Below, one piece after another: positions 9,437 through 20,089 of a stretch of DNA of 64,000 nt. The stretch comes from Flavobacteriaceae bacterium. Lineage in GTDB: Bacteria > Bacteroidota > Bacteroidia > Flavobacteriales > Flavobacteriaceae. The notes below the pieces were generated by a model. That model searched no databases. It was given only the letters and a program-made list of their open reading frames with translations, and had not been told where the DNA came from. The DNA is taken from NCBI GenBank assembly GCA_034676605.1, contig JAUCBW010000001.1:2049996-2113995 (forward strand). The letters are read 5' to 3'. The first letter of the stretch is position 1. Every line of letters begins with the position of its first letter. The translations under genes were made by a program, and so were the position numbers.

Positions 9437-11197
9437 ATGAAAAAAATATTAATTATATTCGGTTTGTTTTTGACTGTTTCGATGCAGGCACAAGTTGATC
9501 GTAGCCAACCAAAACCTGGACCAGCTCCAAAAATAAACATAGGGAAACCTCAAAAGTTTACCCTCCCGAACGGTCTTACGGTATTGGTGGTAGAAAACCA
9601 CAAACTACCAAGAGTTTCTGTTTCTCTAACCATTGACAACGCTCCGTATGCTGAAGGTAGCAAAGCAGGTCTTTCTGACCTTACAGGTAGCTTGATGGGT
9701 AACGGAACCAGCAAAATCTCAAAAGACGCTTATAACGAAGAAATTGAATTCCTTGGAGCAAACGTAAGTTTGTATGCAAGCGGAGGATATGCCAGTTCAC
9801 TTACGAAATACTTCCCTAGAATTGTAGAACTAATGGCTCAAGGAGCTATTGATCCTCTATTTTCTTTAGAAGAATTCGAAAAAGAAAAAAATAAATATAT
9901 CGAAGGTCTTAAGGCTGACGAAAAGAGTGTAACAAGTGCGGCTTCTAGAGTGAAAAGCGTACTTACATACGGAAAAAGCCATCCATTTGGTGAGTTCGTT
10001 ACAGAAGAAACGCTTAAGAATGTTTCTCTTGCAGACGTAAAACAGCACTATGCTAACTTCTTTTCTCCTAACAACGCTTATATGATTGTTATGGGAGACA
10101 TCACCTTTAAAGACGCTAAAAAACTTATCGAGAAAAACTTCGGTGCTTGGAAAAAAGGGAACTCTCCTAAGATTGACTATACTGATCCTAAAGATGTACA
10201 GTATACTCAAATCAACTTTGTTGATATGCCAAACGCAGTTCAGTCAGAGATTTCTCTTATAAACTTGAACAAAATGAAAATGACCGATAAAGATTATTTT
10301 GCTGTTTTATTGGCAAACCAAATCTTAGGAGGTGACTTCAACTCATATCTTAACATGAACCTACGTGAGGCTCACGGTTGGACTTATGGCGCTCGTTCTG
10401 GAATCGGAGCAACGCGTTATATCTCTACTTTCTCAGCCTCATCATCTGTACGTAACTCAGTTACGGATAGTGCAGTAGTTGAATTTATGAAAGAAATCAA
10501 AAGAATCCGTACAGAAAAAGTTGACCCAGAAATGTTGAAAAACACCAAAGCGGGATACATCGGAAACTTTGTAATGAGTATCGAAAAACCACAGACTGTT
10601 GCACGTTTAGCTCTAAATGCTTTGTTACATAACCTACCTGAAAACTTCTACGAAAACTATATCGCAAACATCAATGCAGTAACAGTTGAAGATATACAAA
10701 GAGTAGCTAACAAGTATTTTTCTTATGATAACTCACGTATTGTGATTGTAGGAAAAGGAAGCGAAGTTATTGCACCACTTGAGAAACTAAATATTCCTAT
10801 TTTCTATTTTGACAAATTCGGTAATCCAACTGATAAGCCACAAGCAAAAGCTGTTGACCCAAGTATTACTCCAAAAGTAGTTATTGATGCTTACATAAAA
10901 GCTATTGGTGGTGAAACTGCAGTAGCTAAAGTGAAAACACTCTCTATGGTAGGAAGTGCAACTATCCCTGGTGCACCTGCTCCTATTGTTGTTACTATCA
11001 AAAGAGCTGAAGGTAAATTTTTACAAGAAATTACAATGGAAGGAATGGGTTCTTTACAGAAGCAAGTAATCACTTCAAGCAAAGGATATTCTACTCAACA
11101 AGGTGCTCCAAAACATGACTTTACAGCTGAAGAGCTGAAAGATGCTAAAATGGAGTTGGCCCCGTTTGCTGAAACACTTTTACTGAAAAGAAGCTGA
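9437..11197 (+). CDS. M16 peptidase, non-catalytic partner subunit; C-terminus cut by a frameshift
   Basis: Insulinase fold without HxxEH; RLNMNLRE-like segment YLNMNLREAHGWTYGA. The ORF ends abruptly at LLLKRS*. Confidence 0.85.
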   Translation: MKKILIIFGLFLTVSMQAQVDRSQPKPGPAPKINIGKPQKFTLPNGLTVLVVENHKLPRVSVSLTIDNAPYAEGSKAGLSDLTGSLMGNGTSKISKDAYNEEIEFLGANVSLYASGGYASSLTKYFPRIVELMAQGAIDPLFSLEEFEKEKNKYIEGLKADEKSVTSAASRVKSVLTYGKSHPFGEFVTEETLKNVSLADVKQHYANFFSPNNAYMIVMGDITFKDAKKLIEKNFGAWKKGNSPKIDYTDPKDVQYTQINFVDMPNAVQSEISLINLNKMKMTDKDYFAVLLANQILGGDFNSYLNMNLREAHGWTYGARSGIGATRYISTFSASSSVRNSVTDSAVVEFMKEIKRIRTEKVDPEMLKNTKAGYIGNFVMSIEKPQTVARLALNALLHNLPENFYENYIANINAVTVEDIQRVANKYFSYDNSRIVIVGKGSEVIAPLEKLNIPIFYFDKFGNPTDKPQAKAVDPSITPKVVIDAYIKAIGGETAVAKVKTLSMVGSATIPGAPAPIVVTIKRAEGKFLQEITMEGMGSLQKQVITSSKGYSTQQGAPKHDFTAEELKDAKMELAPFAETLLLKRS

Positions 11198-11486
11198 TGT
11201 AGTTGTTGAAGCTATCGAAGCAGTTGACGGAAAAGACGCTTATGTTGTGAAAAATGGCAATTCTAAATTCTACTATGACGTAGCTTCAGGACTGAAAGTT
11301 GCTTCATCTGAGACTTCAGAAATGATGGGACAGAAAGTAACTAATATGACGTACTACAAAGACTACAAAGATGTCAAAGGAGTGAAAATTCCGCACACTA
11401 TCGTTCAGAATATTGGGTTTGATTTAGAGCTAAAAATGAGTGCAGTTAAAATCAATGAAGGCGTAACTGACGCTGATTTCAAATAA
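11190..11486 (+). pseudogene. Out-of-frame C-terminal continuation of the preceding M16 gene
   Basis: The +1 frame reads EADVVVEAIEAVDGKDAYVVKNGNSKFYYDVASGLK...DYKDVKGVKIPH...EGVTDADFK*. Removing one A from the A4 run at 11186-11189 joins the two frames. Confidence 0.75.
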
Positions 11487-11510
11487 TAAATTGATTTTTA
11501 TAATCCTACT

Positions 11511-11546
11511 AAAAAACCCGTTCAATTAGCTTTGAACGGGTTTTTT
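11511..11546. terminator. Intrinsic terminator after the M16 operon
   Basis: aaaaaacccgttcaa-ttagct-ttgaacgggtttttt. Confidence 0.8.
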
Positions 11547-11776
11547 TATGGGCTAATCAATTATCTAAAAGAAGTCTAATTCACTAGGATTAGAAGCCGA
11601 AGTTTTCTTACTCCGTAACTCTGCTATGCAGTGCAAAAAAGTCCTCAAACAGAACAAAAATATTCATTTTTCGCTTCAATCAAAAAAGTTTAAATCACTT
11701 CGTCATGAAAAAAACCTGAAACTTAAAGATATAGTTTCAGGCTTTTGTCGTGGCGTAAAGACGCTAATCAGTATTC

Positions 11777-13903
11777 TTATTTCTTATCTTCTCTAGGAGG
11801 TCTAGGCATTAAAGCTTTTCTAGACACTTTTGGTTTTTTGGTCTTAGGATCAATTCCTAAATACTTCACTTGGAGTATATCACCCATATTTACCACATCA
11901 GTTACATTTTCTACGCGTGACCAATCTAGTTCTGACACGTGTAATAATGTTTCTTTACCAGGGACAAACTCTACTACTGCACCAAAGTCGAGCATCTTCA
12001 CAACTTTTACAGTATAGGTCTCTCCTTCGATTGGAGCGAAGATTGAATTCTGAATAGAAGCGATTGCTTTTTCCATTCCTTCTGGAGAAACACCCAGTAT
12101 CTCGATGATACCTAAATCATCTTCCTCGTTAATTACTACAGTAGTTCCGGTTTCAGCTTGAAGTGCCTGAATATTTTTACCTCCAGGACCTATGATTGCT
12201 CCGATGTAATCTTTAGGGATAGTCATCTTGATAATCTTAGGCGAGTGTTTCTTAACTGTTTCTTTTGGCTGAGCCAATGTATCTATAATTCTGTCTAAGA
12301 TATGTAAACGACCTACACGAGCTTGCTCTAGGGCTTGCTCCATAATATCATAACGAAGTCCGTCGATTTTGATATCCATCTGACAAGCTGTGATACCGTC
12401 TTTAGTACCTGTTACTTTAAAGTCCATATCGCCTAGGTGGTCTTCATCTCCTAAGATATCTGAAAGAACTGCAAAACGCTCTCCGTCAGTGATAAGTCCC
12501 ATTGCAATTCCAGACACTGGTTTCTTAATCTGTACTCCTGCATCCATAAGTGCAAGTGTTCCTGCACAAACAGTAGCCATTGATGATGAACCGTTTGATT
12601 CCAGTACTTCAGAAACAATTCTAATGGTGTACGGATTCTCAACAGGAATCATGTTTTTAAGTGCTCTTTGTGCTAAATTTCCGTGTCCTACTTCTCTTCT
12701 TGAAGTTCCTCTTAGAGGTCTAGCTTCACCTGTTGAGAATGGAGGGAAGTTGTAGTGCAAGTAGAACTTCTCTTCTCCTTGTTGAGAAGGCGAATCAATT
12801 TGGTTTGCTTCACGAGAAGTACCAAGAGTAACCGTAGCTAAAGCTTGAGTTTCTCCTCTTGTGAAAAGTGCTGAACCATGTGTAGAAGGCAAATAATCAA
12901 CCTCACACCAGATAGGTCTGATTTCGTCTGTTCTTCTTCCGTCAAGGCGCATACCTTTATCTAGAATGACATTTCTAACAGCTTCTTTTTGTACTTCATG
13001 CCAGTACATATGAATTAAATCTGCATTCTCTTCGAGTTCTTCTTCAGAGAAAAGGGCTTTTACTTCTTCTTCTAGAGCGATAAATTTGTCTGTTCTTTCG
13101 TGCTTTGCACTTGGTTCAGAAGCAATAGCAAAAGCTTTGTCATAAGCAGCTGTGAATACAGCTGACTTAATGTTCTCATCTGCTTTATCACCTTCATATT
13201 CTCTATATGAAGTAATATTTATTTTCGCTCTTAAACGCTCTTGAGCTTCTACTTGAACTTTAATAGCTTCGTGTGCAAACTTAATTGCCTCAATCATTTC
13301 TTGTTCTGAGATTTCTAGCATCTCACCTTCAACCATCGCAACAGAGTCTTTAGAAGCACCGATCATCATATCTAAATCAGATTCCTCTAATTGTGCAGCT
13401 GTTGGGTTAATGATAAGTTGTCCGTTTACTCTACCTACTCTTACCTCAGAGATATAGTTGTAAAACGGAACGTCAGAAACAGCAAGAGCAGCAGAAGCAG
13501 CTAATCCGGCAAGTGCATCTGGCATTACCTGATCGTCAAAAGACATCAACTGAATCATTACCTGAACTTCGCAGTGATAATCTGAAGGGAATAGCGGACG
13601 AAGAACTCTATCCACTAATCGCATAGTTAATACTTCTTGATCACTCGGACGTGCTTCACGCTTGAAGAAACCTCCAGGGAAACGACCCGCAGCAGCAAAC
13701 TTCTCACGATAATCTATCGTAAGTGGCAAGAAATCTGTGCCTGGCTTTGCAGTCTTTGTAGCTACAACTGTTGCAAGTAGCATACAATCTCCCATACGAA
13801 CAACCACCGAACCGTCAGCTTGCTTAGCAAGCTTTCCAGTTTCGATAGTTATGGTGCGACCGTCCTCTAATTTGATAATTTCTTGGGTTACTTGTGGAAC
13901 CAT
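11777..13903 (-). CDS. pnp: Polyribonucleotide nucleotidyltransferase
   Basis: Two RNase PH domains (RRETGHG-like [23 protein letters not shown]), KH (IIGPGGKNI) and S1 domains. Confidence 0.97.
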   Translation of the reverse strand: MVPQVTQEIIKLEDGRTITIETGKLAKQADGSVVVRMGDCMLLATVVATKTAKPGTDFLPLTIDYREKFAAAGRFPGGFFKREARPSDQEVLTMRLVDRVLRPLFPSDYHCEVQVMIQLMSFDDQVMPDALAGLAASAALAVSDVPFYNYISEVRVGRVNGQLIINPTAAQLEESDLDMMIGASKDSVAMVEGEMLEISEQEMIEAIKFAHEAIKVQVEAQERLRAKINITSYREYEGDKADENIKSAVFTAAYDKAFAIASEPSAKHERTDKFIALEEEVKALFSEEELEENADLIHMYWHEVQKEAVRNVILDKGMRLDGRRTDEIRPIWCEVDYLPSTHGSALFTRGETQALATVTLGTSREANQIDSPSQQGEEKFYLHYNFPPFSTGEARPLRGTSRREVGHGNLAQRALKNMIPVENPYTIRIVSEVLESNGSSSMATVCAGTLALMDAGVQIKKPVSGIAMGLITDGERFAVLSDILGDEDHLGDMDFKVTGTKDGITACQMDIKIDGLRYDIMEQALEQARVGRLHILDRIIDTLAQPKETVKKHSPKIIKMTIPKDYIGAIIGPGGKNIQALQAETGTTVVINEEDDLGIIEILGVSPEGMEKAIASIQNSIFAPIEGETYTVKVVKMLDFGAVVEFVPGKETLLHVSELDWSRVENVTDVVNMGDILQVKYLGIDPKTKKPKVSRKALMPRPPREDKK

Positions 13904-14013
13904 AAACTTGTTTTTAAAATAAAAGTTAAACTTAGGGTTGTGTTGTTGTAGTTGTAATAGTAGTTGTTGTGTTACCCCAATGAAAAACCAAACTTTTTAA
14001 TCAAATATGTATA

Positions 14014-14037
14014 AACAAAAAGGGGCACAAAGCCCCC
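14014..14037 (-). terminator. Intrinsic terminator after rpsO
   Basis: Minus strand ggggc-tttgt-gcccc followed by a U-rich tract. Confidence 0.6.
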
Positions 14038-14043
14038 AAATGA

Positions 14044-14313
14044 TTATTTTCTAATTTTCAATTCTTTAATGATTTCACGATATCTGTTGATATCCTTGTT
14101 GATTAGATAGTCAAGAAGGCTTCTTCTTTTTCCTACCAATTTCACTAGCGAACGCTCCGTGTTGAAATCTTTACGATTGTTTTTTAAGTGCTCAGTAAGG
14201 TGATTGATTCTGTAAGTGAACAATGCGATTTGTCCTTCTGCAGAACCTGTGTTTGTTGCAGAACCACCGTGTTTAGTGAAAATCTCTGCTTTTGACTCTT
14301 TTGTAAGATACAT
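14044..14313 (-). CDS. rpsO: 30S ribosomal protein S15
   Basis: NTGSAEGQIALFT, HLKNNRKD and LVGKRRSLLDYL; canonical rpsO-pnp order. Confidence 0.97.
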   Translation of the reverse strand: MYLTKESKAEIFTKHGGSATNTGSAEGQIALFTYRINHLTEHLKNNRKDFNTERSLVKLVGKRRSLLDYLINKDINRYREIIKELKIRK

Positions 14314-14344
14314 GCCAATATTATTTTTAATGATTTTTATGTAG

Positions 14345-14379
14345 TATTCAGGTGTTTCCTGAATATGAGTGCAAATTTA
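14345..14379 (-). promoter_or_regulatory. rpsO promoter (-7 box) and 5' leader hairpin
   Basis: TAAATTTG (Bacteroidota TAnnTTTG) at 14379-14372, then hairpin tattcagg-aaaca-cctgaata in the leader. Confidence 0.55.
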
Positions 14380-14488
14380 CTCTTATTTTTATATCCTACA
14401 ACACTATACTTAAAATTATTTTGGATGATAAAGCTCTTTAGCTGAATTTATCTTACTTTTATCCATTTCAATTATTTTCCTATATTCT

Positions 14489-16231
14489 ATGAGCGCATCT
14501 ACTAGAACCAATTATCCCGCTTTATACACCCTAGTTATCGTATTTTTTTTCTGGGGTTTCATCGCTGCAGGGAATAGTATTTTTATTCCGTTTTGCAAAA
14601 GTTATTTCAAACTTGATCAGTTTCAATCACAACTGATTGACTTTGCGTTTTATACAGCTTATTATCTCGGTGCATTGTTTCTCTTTGCTTTAGGTACGCT
14701 CCGCGGAAAAGACGTAGTCGGGCAATGGGGATATAAGAAGAGTATTATTTATGGATTATTATTCTCTGCCCTAGGAGCAGTGGCGATGATTATTGCTGTT
14801 GAAGTAAACCTCTATGCCGCAATGTTAGTCGGGTTATTTGTTGTTGCACTTGGTTTTTCGCTGCAACAAACTGCTGCTAATCCGTTTGCAATTTCGCTTG
14901 GAGATCCTAAAACAGGCGCAAGTCGAGTAAATCTAGGCGGCGGAATCAATTCCTTTGGGACAACCATCGGGCCTATTATCGTTGGTTTAGCGCTTTTTGG
15001 CACAGCTGCTTCTGTATCTGATGAACAAATCGCTAGTTTAGGCTTGGATAAAGTGGTTTGGTTATACATCTGTGTTGGCATTTTATTTGTTACTGCAGCT
15101 GGAATTTTTGCTTTTTCAAAAAAATTACCCAGTGGTATTTCTGACGAGAAAGTAGAAACTTCAAAAAAAGCACTGACGATGTTAGTGGTGATGACTGTTC
15201 TTTTGGCAGTGATGTTTACACCTATATTTAGCAGTTATAAAAGTGAGGTTGCTCAGAAAATTGAAGATTATCAAACGGAGATAACTAGCTTAAAAACAAA
15301 TACAACTACAAACACTATTTCAGAAATAACAATCTTAGAGAATAACATACTCGAACTTAAGCATCCCTTAGAGCAAAAACGAATGCTTTGGATTTTCGGA
15401 GCGTTGATTGTTGTAGTGGGCGGACTTGTCTATGCTTATATCAGCTCTAAAAAGAGTAAAGAAGGTTGGGGAGCGATACAATATCCACAATTGGTTTTGG
15501 GGATGTTGGCTATTTTTATTTATGTTGGTGTAGAAGTATCCATCGGAAGTAATCTTGGCGAATTACTACAAGAGCAAGCTTTTGGCGGCATGGCAGTTTC
15601 AGAAACGGCTAAATATATTTCTATGTATTGGGGGAGTTTGATGATTGGACGTTGGGCAGGAGCTGTATCTGTTTTTAATTTGAGTAAGAACAAGAGAATA
15701 ATTGCAATGGTTATTGTTCCGCTGATTGCTTTCTCAGTCATTTTATCTGTAAATATCATTTCGGGTCACGATATGACACCTTTATATTATTATGTGTTCT
15801 GTATAATTATTCAGATTATTGCTTTTTTTATTTCAAAAGACAAACCTGCTCGCACCTTATTCATATTTGCTTGTTTAGGGATTATAGCTATGCTGATTGG
15901 GCTTTTCACAACCGGCACCTTAGCTATTTATGCCTTCTTATCTGGCGGATTGGCTTGTAGCATTATGTGGCCTGCCATCTTTAATCTATCGCTTTTAGGA
16001 TTAGGGAAATATACCTCTCAAGGCTCTGCCTTCTTAGTGATGATGATTTTAGGTGGAGGAATCATCCCTCCTTTTCAGGGAAAATTAGCCGATATCATTG
16101 GCATTCATCATTCGTATATTATTGCTGTCATTTGTTTTCTGTATTTAGCTTTGTTTTCTATATTGGTGAAGAGCATTCTTAAGAAACAAGGAATAGATGT
16201 TGATGTCATAGAACCCGAATCAAACCATTAG
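14489..16231 (+). CDS. MFS sugar permease, FucP/GluP-like
   Basis: [24 protein letters not shown] and SIMWPAIF motifs. Confidence 0.85.
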   Translation: MSASTRTNYPALYTLVIVFFFWGFIAAGNSIFIPFCKSYFKLDQFQSQLIDFAFYTAYYLGALFLFALGTLRGKDVVGQWGYKKSIIYGLLFSALGAVAMIIAVEVNLYAAMLVGLFVVALGFSLQQTAANPFAISLGDPKTGASRVNLGGGINSFGTTIGPIIVGLALFGTAASVSDEQIASLGLDKVVWLYICVGILFVTAAGIFAFSKKLPSGISDEKVETSKKALTMLVVMTVLLAVMFTPIFSSYKSEVAQKIEDYQTEITSLKTNTTTNTISEITILENNILELKHPLEQKRMLWIFGALIVVVGGLVYAYISSKKSKEGWGAIQYPQLVLGMLAIFIYVGVEVSIGSNLGELLQEQAFGGMAVSETAKYISMYWGSLMIGRWAGAVSVFNLSKNKRIIAMVIVPLIAFSVILSVNIISGHDMTPLYYYVFCIIIQIIAFFISKDKPARTLFIFACLGIIAMLIGLFTTGTLAIYAFLSGGLACSIMWPAIFNLSLLGLGKYTSQGSAFLVMMILGGGIIPPFQGKLADIIGIHHSYIIAVICFLYLALFSILVKSILKKQGIDVDVIEPESNH

Positions 16232-16234
16232 ATT

Positions 16235-16720
16235 ATGAGATATTTTATACTGCTGTTTAGTTTTGTCCTTGTATCCTGTAGCACTCAAAAAATGACCACT
16301 CTTGTTCCGCCTTGTCCAGAAGGTGTAGAATGTCCTTCAGAGATTCATCAAGGTCAACGACTTGTAATTAAAAAAGATGATACAGGGCAGCTATATTACA
16401 AGTTAGAGGAAGACAAAGACAAAACGGTTTTCATTTACCACTACAAGCAAAACATGGAAGAGAGTTATATCGACGGACACTATAACGAGGAAATTGTCTT
16501 TGAACTCGATAACTCGATGCTAAAGAAATCTTTCAAAGATATCAAACCTACACAATCGCTCTTTGGTGTATTTTGTTACTGCAAAGGCAAAGCAGGCTAT
16601 TATCCGTTAGAGAACCCGAGCGTTTCTTATGACGTAAAAACAAAAAGCCTGATTTTCGTACTTGAGCATGTAGTCGAAAATCAGGTTGTTACTATTTTTG
16701 AAATTAAGTTCGAGAACTAA
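16235..16720 (+). CDS. Hypothetical lipoprotein
   Basis: Lipobox LVSC; FCYC motif. Confidence 0.7.
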   Translation: MRYFILLFSFVLVSCSTQKMTTLVPPCPEGVECPSEIHQGQRLVIKKDDTGQLYYKLEEDKDKTVFIYHYKQNMEESYIDGHYNEEIVFELDNSMLKKSFKDIKPTQSLFGVFCYCKGKAGYYPLENPSVSYDVKTKSLIFVLEHVVENQVVTIFEIKFEN

Positions 16721-16730
16721 AAAGCGGAGT

Positions 16731-18146
16731 TTATCTCTTTTCTAGTAAAATTACGTTTTCCACGTGATGCGTCTGAGGGAACATATCCACAGGGCGTACG
16801 CGTGTTACTTTATACACTTCGTCTAATAAGTTGAGGTCTCTGGCTTGAGTAGCCGAGTTACAACTTACGTACACTATTTTCTGAGCGCCGATATTCAATA
16901 ATTGCTGCACCACATCTTTGTGCATTCCATCTCGTGGTGGATCAGTAATAATGACATCTGGAATGCCGTGTGTAGCAATAAACGCATCGTTAAACACGTC
17001 TTTCATATCTCCTACATAGAATTCACAATTGGTGATATTATTTCTTTCCGCATTGATTTTAGCATCTTTGATGGCATCTGGCACAGATTCTACTCCGATT
17101 ACTTTTTTAGCTTGTTTTGACACAAACTGAGCGATAGTCCCTGTTCCGGTGTATAAATCAAAAACCAATTCGTTGCCCGTAAGTCCAGCAAAGTCACGAG
17201 TAATTTTATACAGCTCATACGCTTGGTCAGAATTGGTCTGATAAAAAGATTTTGCATTGATAGAGAAGCTTAATCCTTCCATTTCTTCTAAGATATAGTT
17301 TCTCCCTTTATGGAGAATGACATCTTGATCATAAATGGTATCGTTGGCTTTACTATTTACAACATATAATAACGAGGTAATTTCAGGGAAACGCTCGGCT
17401 AAGAAATCTAAAAGTAATTTCTGCCCTGCTTTGTCATCCTCAAAAAACTGTACAAGAACCATGATTTCTCCGATAGAAGTAGTTCTGATCATCATTGTTC
17501 TAAGAAGACCGTGCATGTTTCTTGCGTTAAAGAAGGTCAAGCCGTTTTTAGTAGCAAAATCACGTACTTCATTTCTAATCTCATTCGATGGGTCTTGTTG
17601 TAAGTGACATTTTTCTATATTCAATATTTTGTCCCACATTTTTGGGATGTGGAAACCGAGTGCATTTCCTCTGTCGATGTTTTCAACTTCTGCAATTTCT
17701 TTTTCGGTAATCCATCGGGCATCGGAAAAAGAAAATTCCATTTTATTGCGATAAAAGAATTGTTTTGCACTTCCTAAGATAGGTTCAAATTCAGGTAATT
17801 CTACTTTACCAATGCGTTTTAAGTGATCATACACCTCATTGTTTTTGTAGAAAAGTTGTTTTTCGTAAGACATATTCTGCCACTTACAACCTCCGCAATC
17901 ACCAAAGTGTTCACATACTGGCTCAATTCTATCAGCAGAGTATTCGTGAAAACGAATGGCTTTGCCTTCAAAATAAGCTTTGCGCTTTTTGGTTGTTCTG
18001 ACATCAACCACATCTCCCGGGACCACGTTTGGAATAAAAATAACTTGCCCTTCAGGAGATTTAGCCACTGAAACTCCTTTGGAACCTGCATCCAAAACCT
18101 TTACCTTCTCGAAAACAATGTTTTCTTTTTTATTTTTTCTTGACAT
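16731..18146 (-). CDS. rlmD: 23S rRNA m5U1939 methyltransferase
   Basis: TRAM domain, CEHFGDCGGC Fe-S motif, DLYTGTG, DPPRDG, YVSCN and DMFPQTHHVE. Start placed at MSRKNKK; TACTTTTG promoter box at 18175-18168. Confidence 0.93.
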   Translation of the reverse strand: MSRKNKKENIVFEKVKVLDAGSKGVSVAKSPEGQVIFIPNVVPGDVVDVRTTKKRKAYFEGKAIRFHEYSADRIEPVCEHFGDCGGCKWQNMSYEKQLFYKNNEVYDHLKRIGKVELPEFEPILGSAKQFFYRNKMEFSFSDARWITEKEIAEVENIDRGNALGFHIPKMWDKILNIEKCHLQQDPSNEIRNEVRDFATKNGLTFFNARNMHGLLRTMMIRTTSIGEIMVLVQFFEDDKAGQKLLLDFLAERFPEITSLLYVVNSKANDTIYDQDVILHKGRNYILEEMEGLSFSINAKSFYQTNSDQAYELYKITRDFAGLTGNELVFDLYTGTGTIAQFVSKQAKKVIGVESVPDAIKDAKINAERNNITNCEFYVGDMKDVFNDAFIATHGIPDVIITDPPRDGMHKDVVQQLLNIGAQKIVYVSCNSATQARDLNLLDEVYKVTRVRPVDMFPQTHHVENVILLEKR

Positions 18147-18400
18147 TTTACATAGATAAACAAGCTGCAAAAGTACATAAAAGAGTTGTGGATTCTAAGT
18201 TATATATTAATGCTACAGAAAACTCTAAACCAAAATTAGCCTGAAAGACAAAACACAGTCATTTTTAACTATTTATTAAGAAGGTTTTGTATATTTGATT
18301 CCTCATCAATATTTAAATTATTTATTAAATTTCAAAATAGAACTCTTACATATCACATATTATCTGAGAATTTAAAGTATATTAACTAAAAAACTATACT

Positions 18401-19105
18401 ATGAAATCAAAATTACTTTGCTCGGTACTGGTCTTTATGAGTACATTTATTTTATTGGCACAGCAGGACGATTTTGTTGGAAATACTTGGTACTTAGAAA
18501 AATTGGTTATTAATGGAGAAGACCATTTTTTACCTCAAAATGAAGAGATTAATGAATCAACATTAGAAATTGACAGTATTAATTCTGTTTTTCACATAGA
18601 CTTTTGCTATGGAGGAATGGCAGACGGACTTTCTTTTCCTGATGACAACAATTTCACAATAGATAATTTTTATGCTCCCGCTATGGCTTGTGAAATAACA
18701 GAAAATAATTATTATCAAGGACTTTACTTTAATTTTATTTGGGATAATTCAACATATTCGTTTCATTATTCAATTACGGGAGAAGGCGACAACCTTAAAA
18801 AGTTAGTGATAACGGGAAATAATAACAATCAGGTAGTTTATTATAATACTTCACTGTCTGTTCAAGATATAGAGGAATTACATTTTAGAATTTATCCCAA
18901 TCCGACAAAAGATTTTATCTACATTGAAAGCAAAACAACTCCTTTAAAAATAGAAATTTATGATATTTCGGGGAAGATTTGTCTTGTTCAGGAATTAAAC
19001 AAATCCTCTGACAACATAAACACGACAAGGTTATCATCAGGTGTTTACTTTTTAAAAGTAACAAACAACAACACTGTTAAGATAACACGAATAATTAAAA
19101 ACTAA
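18401..19105 (+). CDS. T9SS type-A sorting-domain protein with a META-like N-terminal domain
   Basis: Signal peptide, NTWYLEKLVING...PAMAC, and C-terminal IYPNP...IYDISGK...LSSGVYFLKV. Confidence 0.8.
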   Translation: MKSKLLCSVLVFMSTFILLAQQDDFVGNTWYLEKLVINGEDHFLPQNEEINESTLEIDSINSVFHIDFCYGGMADGLSFPDDNNFTIDNFYAPAMACEITENNYYQGLYFNFIWDNSTYSFHYSITGEGDNLKKLVITGNNNNQVVYYNTSLSVQDIEELHFRIYPNPTKDFIYIESKTTPLKIEIYDISGKICLVQELNKSSDNINTTRLSSGVYFLKVTNNNTVKITRIIKN

Positions 19106-19110
19106 ACACA

Positions 19111-20082
19111 ATGAAAAATTTATTATATATATTCTTTTTGCTTTTAGGTTTCGGAACTTTAAAAGCTCAAACGGTTACAATTTCTGATTATAGATTTGAA
19201 CAGGCACTTATAGACTTGGAAATTGATAGTGATGGTATCATAAACGGACAAATACTAATGTCCGATGCTCTAAATGTTACAGAGTTAAACATTTCTGAAG
19301 CTCTTCCAAATTACCCTTATCCTGCGGATGACTATTATGAAGGACTTATTCACGATTTAACAGGGCTTGAGGCTTTTATAAACTTGGAGTCGCTTATTGT
19401 AAGTCTTACTATGGTAGAGGAACTTGATATAAGCACTTTAGTAAATTTAAAATATTTGAATTGTGTAGATAATATGCTTACCTCTATTGATGTTTCCAAT
19501 AATACTTTATTGGAGTATCTTGAGATTAAAAGCGGAGGAGATGTTTATCCTATAAATAATATTACTGAAATAGACCTGAGCAATAACCCAAATATACACA
19601 CTGTAAGAACTACTGGGTATATGAACAAAATTATTTTAAGTAATGGGAATAACAACCCAAATATGTATATAAAAATATCTGCTCCCGTTCTAGGTTCTAC
19701 ACCTGAAACAGGATACGTTTGTATAGAAGTTGATGATGTTGAGCTTGCTCAAAACAATCAATATCCTTATTCGGATTGGACAGTTGTTCTTTGGTATATG
19801 ACATACAACTATACTGATGACGCTGAAAACTGTGCTTTAAATATTATTTCTTTTGAAGAAAATAAAATAAACATTTACCCCAATCCAGTTTCTGATATGC
19901 TGTATTTTGAAGCAACAGATACAATAATAGAAAAAGTTATGATATTTGACCTTTCGGGCAGAAAAATTTTAGAGCAAAACCAAATAAATAATTTCTCTGT
20001 TTCAGACCTGCAAAAAGGAAATTATATTCTAAAAATAGTATCTGACAAAGGAATACAAACAGAAAAGATAATTGTCAAATAA
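19111..20082 (+). CDS. T9SS type-A cargo with leucine-rich repeats
   Basis: FEQALIDLEIDSDG, LRR-like LKYLNCVDNMLTSIDVSNNTLLEYL, and CTD IYPNPV...FDLSGRK...LQKGNYILKI. Confidence 0.85.
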   Translation: MKNLLYIFFLLLGFGTLKAQTVTISDYRFEQALIDLEIDSDGIINGQILMSDALNVTELNISEALPNYPYPADDYYEGLIHDLTGLEAFINLESLIVSLTMVEELDISTLVNLKYLNCVDNMLTSIDVSNNTLLEYLEIKSGGDVYPINNITEIDLSNNPNIHTVRTTGYMNKIILSNGNNNPNMYIKISAPVLGSTPETGYVCIEVDDVELAQNNQYPYSDWTVVLWYMTYNYTDDAENCALNIISFEENKINIYPNPVSDMLYFEATDTIIEKVMIFDLSGRKILEQNQINNFSVSDLQKGNYILKIVSDKGIQTEKIIVK

Positions 20083-20089
20083 TCTGATT

